64,000 bases of DNA from Octopus sinensis (lineage: Eukaryota): NCBI RefSeq assembly GCF_006345805.1, contig NW_021836151.1, forward strand, positions 62,001-126,000, in the 5' to 3' direction. Position numbers and translations under genes: made by a program. The notes under the pieces are model-generated. The model did not search any database. It worked only from the letters and a program-made list of their open reading frames with translations, and had not been told where the DNA came from. Each line of letters begins with the position of its first letter. Position 1 is the first letter of the stretch. Positions 12,600 to 23,864 of the stretch are shown here, piece by piece.

Positions 12600-15175
12600 A
12601 TATTTTTGACTGCCGACAGCAAAAAAATAAATTCTCGAAAATCTATTTTGATCACATGATGCGTCTTAGTGATTTTTCTTGATTTTTGGAAATGAGAAAG
12701 CCCATCAAGGAAATGAATTTGCGAGCTTTCATTTGGAAAAGTTTCAACAACAATTGGAGTCAGAAAGAATTTTTCCCTGAGGGAATGGAATGTCGTTTAT
12801 TGATTAAAAACACAAGCGAAATGAAAACAAGGAAAGATCGTTAACGAAGAGATTAAACGAATCACCGAAGTGTCTCTTTCATTACGTATCCCCAATTATG
12901 TTGACAACTTTTCTCTAAGACCACCCGGATTGTAGGCACAGAGGATTCTATAAAGGGAAATGAGAAGGCTTGATGTTGACATACTTGGAATAAGTGAACT
13001 TCACTGGATTGACTGTAGTTTTTTGGTTCTGATGATTTCGTCATATATCATTGTGGCTTCTCAAAATTGCGAATGATCGGGAGAGATGGAGAAAATTTGG
13101 CTTTGAGATCTCCAAGGGTTGAACACGACATAATTGGATAACCTTGTTTAATCAAATTTTATCAATTTGAGACATTTTAGTCATTTAGTTTCCATTGGGG
13201 AGGCAATCAATTTATTTGGTTAGTCATCAGTTTTAATAACAAAGTAATTTCAACGTAATCATTGGATATTAGACATTGATATTTATGAGTTTCTTTAGTG
13301 CAATATATTAACATGATTTTTACACATGTCTATCACCTCTTTTTTAATAAGCCCCTTTTAGCAGGACACATTCTCTTGTATTTTTTCCTTTAATTCTCTA
13401 CACATGTGAAAATAATTTGTTTTAACTTATTTATCTCCACTATTAATATCAAAGAAAAATGATAGTGGACATTGGCAAGAAACAAGGTGAATAAGTAAGC
13501 ATTTGATAATTTGGAATAGACAAAATATTAAACGTGAATACTTCCAATATTGACTAAACAGTCAATTGAGTAATTGTCTGCTTTCTTTATCCCTTGTGAA
13601 GTCTTTGGAGGAAGCAACTGACTGATTTCTCACTCACCACTCTTGCCTCATCCAGAATGTGACTACTAAACAAGTAAACTCGAAAATGTGAATATCAGTC
13701 TTCCGACCGTTTTAATTTTAAAAGTTATACAGAATATAATTTTAAAAGATTTTTTCGAAATCAAGTCAAAGTATATTGTCTATTTTTGAGTTAAAAGTTT
13801 TTTAAATAAGTCCAAAATTAAAAAAATCATTTTATACGAACAATTTTGCAAAAATAAATTGGTCCATAATTTTCCAAAATTGATGGAAGTACAAACTGGC
13901 CAAATCCTTTAGGTGAAGAAACCATTCGAAATATTTTTTGAAAACTACTGTGGAAGACCGAAATATCTTCAATAACAAACTTTGACTGCACTTCCATCCA
14001 ATTTACGGACAAAACATAAAAAAGGCGGTCTATCAGATTATCAGTGTAGATTCCGGCAAGACTTCTGACACAATAAACAACAGAACCTCCAACAGCAACA
14101 TTTCTAAGAGCATATCTAACATTTAATAAAAGTAATTTACACTAAAAGATTGATTTGTTGTTCGGCTTGCCTCACTCGTTCGACATTCCGTTTTGGATGA
14201 AGAATTTGAATATGAGAAGGGAGAACCATTCTGTCATTAACGTCAAGACAATCCACAAAAACCTTAAAAATCAAAAAAAATTAACAACATTTATATTATT
14301 TGACAAACTACTTTTCAAATTACGAATATCTGAAAACTGACCAAATGTCGAGGTTAGAACAACTGACTGAAACAGCAGCCTGGCTGAAATAAAATTTAAA
14401 AAAATTACAACATTTAGGAATAATTTTACAAAGAATTTGGAATAAATCAGATTTTTTATTCCCAATAAACATAATTTGACCCTTTGAGACATCTGCTGCA
14501 AAAAACGGCAAAATTATCGAAGGATCGATTAAGGAAAATTCACCCTCTCTACATAATAACGCAACAAACCACCCTGATGACATTCTGGATTCAAAAACGA
14601 CCCACGAGGGAAAGCAAAAAGTTGAAAACCATTAAGATTGATTTTTGTTAGACAAGATTTAACGACTTTCGGTGACTTTAAGTTATTAAGATTATTCTCC
14701 AAGTCATCCTGGCTTGTCTTGTGCATTTCTGATGGAACGAAACGGTACAAATCATTGTCGAATGTTGAGAAAGTGGTTTCAAGATCAGGTTGAGGAGTGG
14801 AAGGGACTATCTGACGTAAAATTGGAGTTTTGGTTGTTGTGGCGTAATGATCAGAAAAACAGAATGAGAGAAGATCTTGACATCCAGTTTGAACGTATTT
14901 TTGAACAGAAAAGTCACTTTTATCCTTATTGTGAGTGAGTACGGCGAGTTTTTGTTTACAGGTTAATGCTAATCTTATTCCTGGCCACAACTTTCCAAAT
15001 GTTCTTGAATTCATAGCATCAAGAGTTCGTAATCCACTTTCCATATTTCCGTCTTCTATTGGTCGGGAAAGTTTGTTCTGTATAAATTATTAATTAGTAT
15101 TTTTACCCGATTACTCTTATTTCGGTAGAAACGTTGTGAATAAAATAATTTAAAACAGCCTAACCGACATAACAT
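12600..15175 (-). CDS. DENN-domain (Rab GEF)-like multi-exon gene, copy A; 3' end approximate
   Basis: uDENN-like GFQLFAFPRG and FVALLCREGE. cDENN-like SVVLTSTFGQF, GRLIFTFSSL, SIPNYQMLTYSPCF and IIFFDINSG. Short introns throughout. Confidence 0.5.
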
Positions 15176-15719
15176 ATATTTTTAAATTCAATACAATTAA
15201 TTAAATATTCAGCAAAATTAATTAAAATTAACTTCAAAGAACAAATTCTGTAACAGAAATTGAAGAAACTTCTAAAAGATTTGCCAAAAATTTAAGTAGT
15301 TTCAATTTACCTTTGTTCTTTCATTCTATCCCTGAATCCATAAAGCCAATTATAAAATTCCGGGATGTGTTGTTTGTTTGAATATATTTGAGGCTGAATG
15401 AAAGGAATTAAATATTCCAAAAAGATAATTATAAACTATTTTTAATACTTTCAGCACATCAAGCAGACTCCAAATTACAGTTTGAGATATCAAATTTAAA
15501 AACTGGTATTTAAGATGTCATTAATAGAATACAATAAGTAGTCGTGGTCCTTAGACTCTTCTTGGAGAAGAAGTATATAGTTTTTTTAATATAACATTTG
15601 TATATTCATGCCCAAATTATCCACAATCACATACTCTGAAGACGGTTGAAAAACAGTTCCCAAAATGCTGAAATATGGTCTTGGAATGGCGTGTGGTCGT
15701 AAAAATGAGAGGACAATTC

Positions 15720-15900
15720 AAACCCAGTCAAACTAGAAGGTAAATGGGGCTCAGACAGTTGTTCTGAATGCCAAATTCGTTAATCATTGTGAAAAACTGG
15801 CATTTCTGAGTATTTTGGCAAACTATGAGTCAACTCGCAGCACAACTCGATTGAGGCCGACCATAAACTGAGAAAAGGGAACGGAATTGCTTAGGAAGGT
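15720..15900 (+). mobile_element. Possible decayed retroviral-type integrase remnant (also about 36010-36190)
   Basis: Reads AKFVNHCEKLGI...HNSIE, loosely like the integrase core F..FC..LGI.H...NG..E. Contains stops. Confidence 0.25.
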
Positions 15901-16397
15901 CGAAATATGAATTTAGATGCCGTCTAATGGCCGATATTCCACACTCTCGAGAGGCACAAGAGACCCGATCTGTGCCATATAGAGTGTGAGAGCCGTCTGC
16001 TTAAAGAAGAAAATTTTGAACAGCAATTTCATTATTTTATTTTACGATAATAAAATGTAATTTTAAATATTAATTGATTTTTTTAATGACGGCTTCTCGT
16101 GGTGCAGTATCTTGGTTTCAGCTTCTCTCTGCTGGACGGTCAATAAATGCTTATGCTATCGACTGTTCAATGAAATTAACACAATTTAGAACGAGCTCTG
16201 TGCCATACACCTCAAAACCCTCCTATTTAGTAAAACATAAAAATATTTTCTTCACTACTGCAACAAAAATAATAAAATAATTTATTTGATTAATATAATA
16301 AAACTTTTCAATTTTTTTAATTTTTGAATTAAATAAACTATTTTTTGATAATACTTTTCATAAAACGTGTTATTGTTGATAGTCTCTCGTGGTCAAT

Positions 16398-16897
16398 ATG
16401 CAAATAATTGTAAAAGGAGTTGAAAAATCATTTATCGCTAATGTCGATAAGCAGGGTACTATTCAGGATCTAAAGGTCTGTTTTCAAACTATAAAAAATG
16501 CTAGAAATACCTTTCTTCTCATTATAAGCTGGATGGATCTGAACAGGTCTTGTTTTCCAACAGCCACGTTTATTTTGACAATGACAAACTTGCGAATATC
16601 CCCACAAAATCGGTTAATCTACTGCTAAAGTGTCATGGAGGTCTGAATGTAGTGTAGATGACAGGTCGTCAGCACGGATCGCTCATGCACGTCGGCAAAG
16701 TGCGGAATCGGACTCCCAAAGTATGAGGAAAATAAAAAACAGGCCGGGGTGAATTTTATTAGACTTGAATAATGTAGATGGCCCCTCTGGTTGTTCTTAG
16801 TAAAGAGGAGATTGAAGCTAGGATGAAGCTGGAATACAATAAATTCTTAGAAGAAGAAAAGCAAGTTTTATACTCGTTGGGGATTATCCAAGAGTGA
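16398..16897 (+). CDS. FAU: FAU (FUBI-eS30) copy A, truncated after RNRTPK and potentially fused to a foreign 39-aa exon
   Basis: Ubl domain ends in CHGG, followed by RQHGSLMHVGKVRNRTPK. Introns 16476-16504 and 16641-16664. Homology to copy B stops at 16722. The next GT-AG intron (16721-16777) leads in frame to MAPLVVLSKEEIEARMKLEYNKFLEEEKQVLYSLGIIQE*. Confidence 0.75.
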
Positions 16898-17049
16898 CTT
16901 AATCAGACTAAAACGATTTAGTTTACAACTTTTATTAACATTTAAACTATTTAATAATGCCACAAAGATTGACGTGGAAATGAAAAAATGCTGGGGTGGC
17001 CTATTTATCGCCAATTTATTATTTACTAGTTCTCAAATTTCGGTGTACA

Positions 17050-18338
17050 TATATGCCATTAAATATCCACAAACCGGATCAAACATGTTTTTCTTAATAA
17101 CAAAACATGGAGATTTATTAAATGGCACTGAAACTTAAGGCCCTCTCGTCCTAGAAAGACTTGAATGCGTTAAATTGGACCACTAAAAAAATATCTGGCG
17201 AGCTTAATATCCCGCGATCAACTATCGCTGACTTCATCCGAAAATTCATTAAATATGGTACGACTGAAAGAATGAAAGGTTCGGGGAGACCAAAAATTCT
17301 TAATAAGGACGATATCCTTATTTTACTCAACCTGGTTAAAGAGGACCCCCCAAAAAAGCTGATTGCTTAAGGAATGATCTCCGTAAAATAACCGGAAGAA
17401 CAGTCGGTAAAAGATCCATCGCAAATTATTTAAGAAGGGAGCAAATATATGCTCGTGTATGTAGAAAAAAACCATTATTGAACAAAATAAATAGTGAAAA
17501 ACGCTATAACATGGCAAAGCATTTCATTACTGTGCCAAACACTGAATGGATGAGGACAATTTTCAGTGACGAATGCAGTTTCGAAGTTTTTAATATTAAA
17601 AAACGGCAATATTGTTATCGGAAAAACAATACAGGCCTTCAAAAAAGCAACCTTTCGCCTACTGTAAAATTTGGTGGGGGGAAAGTTATGGTCTGGGGCT
17701 GTTTTTCCTATTACGGAATGGGCTCGCTTGCTTTTATACACGGGAATATGAATTCCGCACTTTATATCAACACACTATGTAACCATTTATGGGAATCTGC
17801 AAAAAAATGGAGCTTAGTGACTTTATTTTCCAACAAGACATGGCACCATGTCATACTTCCAAGATGACTATGCGATTTTTTCAAGAAAAGAAAGTAAACC
17901 TTTTACCATGGGCACCTCAATCACCGGATTTAAATCCGATCGAACATATATGGGCTCATATGAAGAGGGAATTAAACGCCTTTCATCCAAAAATGTTTCG
18001 GAATTGAAAGAAAAAATCGAAAATATTTGGAACGAAATACCGATTAGTTTTATAAAAAAATTAATCGAAAGCATGCCGAATAGAGCACAAAAGCTTTTTA
18101 AGGCAAAAGGGGACCATATTGAATACTAACTTTAAATAATCAAAAATAAAACGGTTTTTTATTGCGTTTGATTTTTTGTTAGTTATAATTTGTTAAGTAA
18201 AAATGATTACAAGTTCAAATATAAAAATAAAACTAGTGTTAAAAAATGATAAATTATTCAATTCTTTAATAAAAACAATATAGTTGCATAGTAAATTTTT
18301 GATATTTCGAAAAAACGGTTTTTTTTTTGCACCTAGTG
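17050..18338 (+). mobile_element. Tc1/mariner DD34E element, frameshifted, left TIR missing
   Basis: HTH region with GRPK, then FSDECSF, FQQDMAPCH and WAPQSPDLNPIE (34 residues between D and E). Right end ...gcacctagtg followed by TA at 18339-18340. No matching left end found. Confidence 0.88.
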
Positions 18339-19653
18339 TAGATGCCTGGAACCAACCCTCACAGACTACTTTCTGGAGTTAAATGAGATCTTTTATTTTC
18401 CCCCTCATGCTTAGAATAGGTTAACTAGCTTCGAGAACAGAAAAATCATCACGACGTACGACAGGCCACAAGGCCTCAATGTTTATCGTTTTGATAAAAA
18501 TTAGGGCGATTGTCAACTTGCTATCCATTTTATTTGATAGTCCACACTACACTAACGTACTTTCTCCACATGCCAATTTTCCCTCTCATTTCAACGATAT
18601 TTACTATTTTGCCGCCACTCTGAATAAACTTGAGTGGAATTTGTGTTCAAGGCTTCTGAGAGAAGACAGTCTTAACTTTACAAGTCTCCTGAATACCAGC
18701 CACGACTTGATCTCCAACATTGTTGTAGATGTCCACGATTTTTGTGGCGGAGTTCTTACAAAGTTGAATAACCTGGAAATATCCGTTTCCCTTTCAATTA
18801 TTAAGTCTTTGCTCCACAACCGTTTTCTTGCTTTAAAATTGATGCCTTTTTGTTTTGATGGGATAACTCGACATTTATCTTCCCGTCAAATTGCAGTTGA
18901 CATTGTCTCGCTTCTATGGAGACTATATACAAATGACAATCCTTATCAAACTTTTTTAAAGTTATACTCACAAAATTTTTTGGCGATTGTCAGAAGAAGG
19001 TTGGGGGATGAGATCTTCCTTGCATTATTTACGGAGATATTTATACATACTTTGGCTGGATTTCCTGTGATGGACGAAGAGAGAGTGAATTTGTCTAACA
19101 ATTCTCCATTCGACATTCCTTGTGCTTCCATACACAAGTCACAATTGTCTGAGATTTGCGAACAAAATATTTATTGGTTGTTCAAAGAGATCGGCCCAGT
19201 CATGACTGCTGTCTCGGTGACCAGGAAACTGCTGGGAGTTATGGAATTGTCCTACTACTACTCAGAGTACAGAAAGGTGCACAATTCAGCGTCAATAAAC
19301 TGTTTTATTCACTTATAATTTGACTTAGCCGTATTCCATCGTGATTACCTTTCGTTTTGTGTAGTGGAAGGGGACGTGTACTCCCAGCCAGTGGTCAGGT
19401 GTTTGATGGAGGCGGCAACACCTATGGAGACGAATTTATCACCGCACAGTACTTTGAGTACGTTAAAGCCATGGTGATCTTTCTATGTTGATATTAGAAC
19501 TCAATTATTGCCACTTCATATGTTTTTAACGAGAAAAAGGAAGCAGCCCTTATTGGCTCGTTTGTTCTGTTGAGGTCGTGTGTGTCCACCTTGTCGGAAA
19601 AGAAATTATTCAAATATTTGGATGTTTTATTTTCTCGTTTTTTGAGTATATAG

Positions 19654-21631
19654 CAGGGGTCGGCAGGATTTTTGTCTTCGCGGGCCAAAATTTTATTTTT
19701 ATATGCGATCCGGGCCAAACGAAAAAAAATCCTTATCGGTCACAAAAATAAGGCAACGCTTGCACATTACGATCTTTCTTTATCAAGTTTTTTTTGCAAC
19801 TTTCTTACGAAATAAAAATTTATCAGTTAAAAATGATTATAAAGAAGTGAATTTATTTTACTCATTAATCTGACTAGTTGCTAAACGTAATATATCGTTA
19901 AGATGTGAATCGGTAATCCTCGTTCTCAGACAATTTTTTACATTATTCATTTTAGAGAATAACTGTTCACATAAAAATGTGCTTCCAAATATACAAGCCA
20001 TTTTCATAGCATTGTCGGTTAATTGCGGATATTTTCTGACACATACAAAATTTTTGTAGAAGCTCAAAATATCCATTGCAAAAAAATATTTTGATTTAAG
20101 TGTACTGTCGCATTGAATTTCAAGTAATTATAACATCTTCCCGTATATGAAAAAACCTTTTGAGCATTGATCCTCTACTAAGCCATCTGACATTATAAAA
20201 ATATAAAAGATCCCCATATTCTGCTTCAGTGTCGATTAAAAATTGCCTGAACTGCCAATGATTCAAGCCGCGGGATAAAATAAAATTTACTGCATTAACA
20301 ACAGCATCCATTGTCTCACGTAACCTGACTGATTTGGCAACTAACGCCTCTTGATGAACAATACAGTGAATCTTAACCAAATTGTACTCAATTCCAAATT
20401 TTTCCATTTCATTTTGGACTAATGTAATAGTTCCCTTTTTGTTCCCAACCATAGATGGAGCCCCGTCTGTTGTAATTCCAACTAATTTTGAAAGTGAAAG
20501 ATTTAATTCTGTTAAAAGTTGCATTAAATGCAAGAAAACGTCGGTTCCTGTCACTGTACCCATAATTGGAATAACCTTGACAAATTCTTCAAAAATTTGG
20601 TATGTTTCAGTTATCCCTCGAACAAATATGACAAGTTGAGAAGTATCCCTTCTGTCAGTACTAGTATCCAATGCGATAGAAAAATATTTGAAATTCCCAA
20701 AAATGTTTTTTAAAGAGTTATTTAAATCGAATGACATTTCTTCTACTCTTCTTGTTACCGTTCTTGGAGATAAACAGATAAATTCAAAAATGTTTCTTTT
20801 TGTAGGAAATAGATTTTCAGCCACTGCCATTAAGCATTCTTTTATAAATTCTCCGTCTGAAAATGGTTTCATTCGTTTCGCAATTATCTTTGAAATTTCG
20901 TAACTTGTACGTGTGATATCATCTTTTTCACAACTTAAATTATAAAAAAATGTCGAGTTTCATAATGTCGCTTGATGTTATAAAGTTTTTTGACAGCAAC
21001 TTTTTCGAAACATATTAAGCATATAGGTTTTCCATAATCCTCAATAAAGAAATATTCATGAGTCCAATCTGGATTAAACGTACGGGTTTGAAGATCTTTA
21101 GTTCTTTTCGAACAATTCGGCAATCGTTGTCGAGACTTCCGGCGTCTTTGGCTCCGGGACCCTCACTTCCCTAAAGAAATTGGGACATCTTTGTTCTTCG
21201 CGGTCCAAGGACCCTAGGGAATTTACTTTCCTCATTCAGAGGATCCTGCTGGCTGTCATGCGTGGCAACAGCTGTTCCCTCCGTCTCGCTGGGAGAATTT
21301 ATTAGTTTGTTGACTTTACTTAGTAGAAATAATAATATTGTTAGTTTTCAAAAAAAAAAAAAAAAAAAAAAAAAATTCGGCATTCAAATTCACCACACAA
21401 AATTATTAACACGTTTATAAATTTATTTAATTTTTAATAATAGATAAAATGTATGTATAAATCTATATTACTAAAAGTCTAGTACTTTACTAAATTTGCC
21501 CGCGGGCCATGTTAGTTAGAAAAATTTGTCGGCGGGCCAATTTCCCTTAGTATTATAAAATTTGTTCGCGGGCCGTTTTTAAATCTTCCTGGGCCTAATT
21601 TGGCCCGCGGGCCGCGATTTGCCGACCCCTG
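19654..21631 (-). mobile_element. SPIN/Buster-type hAT transposon (GTF2IRD2-like transposase), internally deleted
   Basis: 12-bp TIRs CAGGGGTCGGCA, multiple subterminal GCGGGCC motifs, BED finger CLICFE...RHYETRH, FSIALDTSTD, TTDGAPSM, HCIVHQEAL, VRWLSRG, FGSTFLCEQLFS. Confidence 0.92.
21123..21373 (+). mobile_element. CRE-clade (RLE) retrotransposon 3' fragment nested in the hAT start codon
   Basis: IVVETSGVFG...QRILLAVMRGN C-terminus, poly(A) at about 21349-21373, TSD aattcggca at 21114-21122 and 21374-21382. Confidence 0.85.
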
Positions 21632-21869
21632 CCCTATACCCTTATTAAAAAGATTCTTCATTTTGTTCCAAAGATCTGAATTTGGTTAAAACAACCTTTT
21701 CATGAATAATGATTAGTAGTCCTTTAACGCGCCTCTTACTTAAAAAACATTTTCCTTTAAGAATTTATCCTCAATTTTATAACATTTCAAAACTATGTAC
21801 AAAAGTTGTTATTAAAAAAAGTGTAAATCTCTGCTTGAAAATTATTGATGCAACAATGGAAGATTATTT

Positions 21870-23022
21870 TTATTCCGACAGACGTATATTCACTTGTCTG
21901 GAAACTAAACTTTGATTTTCCTCCTGTAAATAGGTCAACCACCCACTGAGAGTGGATCCAAAATCCAATTCATTTCCTACCAAAATACACAGTGCCAGGA
22001 TTGTTTCATCATCTTGTTCATGTATTGTTTTTACAGGTTTTAGTTTTTTCCTATCTTCTTCACTTTCAAAGTAAAAATTAAACAAATTTTCGTCCGAATT
22101 CTCCACTCTACCAGTTGCATCAGTCCTATACCCCAACACGTAATAGCTAAGCATATGTTTTCTCAAAAAACTTTTGAACGGCCCAGAAATACAGAACTGG
22201 GAACAAGCTGGAGCCTTTTCTATCAGCTCTTTCTGCAGTGGACTTTGTGAGGAGACTATGAACAGAGAATTTGGTTGACTCCTTAGTTTGTGGCAAGAAA
22301 TAACTGCTTCGATGTCAAACGACATTCTTTTTAGAGCGACTCTGGCCAAGGTGAGCTGGAAGTGATCTGATTTGACGTGTTCTTTAGGAAGAGGGGGAAC
22401 ATAGTGGGGGTTCATTCCTTTAAACTTTGGCATCCAATACATCGCCCTCAAATATCTCTTCATTGCAAAAGATTTGAGCCCGAATACACTGGAAATGATT
22501 TCGCCGACTTTTTCATTGGGAACGACTCCTTAAAAGTCAAGACTCGCTCATATACCGTTCTTTTCCATGTGATAGATTATGTTTCCACAGCAGTGCTGCT
22601 GTTTAGGGTAATGGACTAGTTCCCTCTGAAAAGCTGTCTCTGCAATCATCTTCCCTTTAGGAAAAACCTCCAATATTCTAATATATGAATCTAAATCTTG
22701 CTCCATTCCGAATTTCTATGAATTTAAAAGAGAATCAGTACTTTCATGTTTTCGAGTGCACTGTTAATGAATTCTACGTGGCCGCGTCGTAAATTGCCTT
22801 GTTTGTGTAAATAAAAGTCGATCGCCCCGTTAAAAATCTTTTTATTTTTATCGTAGCTCTCTGAAGGATGTGCGGGGAGGAAACGTTCAAAACTGATTAA
22901 TTCTTTGGTGTCTTCAGTTATAATTCCTTTCACTCTGTCTGAAAGTGTTCTTGTTTTTTTAATTATTGATATATTTTTGGTAAGAATGTCTATAAATGAT
23001 TAGTGAATTCACACAAACTCAT
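21870..23022 (-). CDS. ECSIT: ECSIT, complete copy B
   Basis: Removing introns of 29 nt, 26 nt (22716-22741) and 27 nt (22529-22555) gives one continuous frame. It aligns with ECSIT motifs (GHVEFI.SAL..MK, HYPKQQ.C, YWMPKF, QSP.Q, GPF..FLR, ILALC, W...LQEEN). Confidence 0.9.
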
Positions 23023-23202
23023 CGTATTTTATAAAAACAATTTTTAAATAAAACAATAATTATTAATTAATATTTTATAGAGGTTATTTTATCGAAATTT
23101 TTCGGTTCGAGATTAAAAAGATTTACAAAGCTATCATTAATTAAAATAGCAAAAATGCAAAAAATGAAATTTAATATGTTAATCTGTTATTTGTTGTTAA
23201 AT

Positions 23203-23864
23203 TTATTTTTTATGAGCTTTTTTAACATGTCGAATAAGGTTGGAAGTATTTGAATACTTTCTTTTACATAAAGTGCAATCTAGTTTTTTATCAATATTTT
23301 TATCTTCTTGAATTGATAAGTTTTTGCACTTTTGGTCCGATTTATCGCATTTTTCACTATTGTATTCAATTGTATTCAAATTGTTTCGATAGATTAATGG
23401 GGTTAGATTATACATTCCCAAAGACATGAAATAGTAATAAACTAACATTTCGTTATGTTTTATAACATCTAGCATGCTCTTGTGAATATATGGCTCTGAA
23501 TAATTCTCATACTTTATCGAACATTCTTCCTTTAAATACAACTAATAGTATAATTTACATTTAGTTTTTTTCTTCGGATTCGTCATTTTCTAGTGAGTGT
23601 TGCCATCTGCTAGTATCCATCGTAGCACCAGATTTTTTTACGCTGTGCTTTTTTTTATGTCTGCATAAATTGGAGTATTGCGTATATGTTTTACTACAGA
23701 CCTTGGAGCGTTGTTTTAAGTGAAAGTACCTCACAGGTAAATGGTCTATAGCTCGAATGAATGTTCATATGTTGTTTCAGTCCTTTTTGAGACAAAAATG
23801 TTTTATGGCAAATATTGCACATTTCTTTTTTTTCCATTTCTAAGTTATCACTGGACTTGATCAT
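23203..23864 (-). CDS. EVI1-like zinc-finger gene, copy B (1-nt deletion in the T-run at 23565-23571 gives a premature stop)
   Basis: Near-identical to 1066-1728, but with 7 T instead of 8 T. Confidence 0.7.

Larger units (their letters stand above)
1..16722 (+). repeat. Segmental duplication, copy A (extends left of the window)
   Basis: Position 1 (acgtaatagctaagcatatg) matches 22138. Collinear near-identity continues to gactcccaaagt at 16722 and 37012, apart from copy-specific insertions. Confidence 0.97.
18341..21870 (+). pseudogene. WDR81: WDR81 internal fragment interrupted by a hAT element (19654-21631); lacks BEACH and WD40 regions
   Basis: YWLFKEIGPVMTAVSVTRKLL, GDVYSQPVVRCL, TYGDEFITAQYFEYV and EKKEAALIGSFVLL resemble the human WDR81 mid-region as I recall it. 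A weaker continuation (FP...LCTK...CLKI...M) lies at 21709-21860. Confidence 0.65.

Noticed and set aside
21349-21375. Long poly(A) run (and poly(T) at 32107-32120) as microsatellite or gap artefact
   Set aside because: Both are retrotransposon tails bounded by TSDs.
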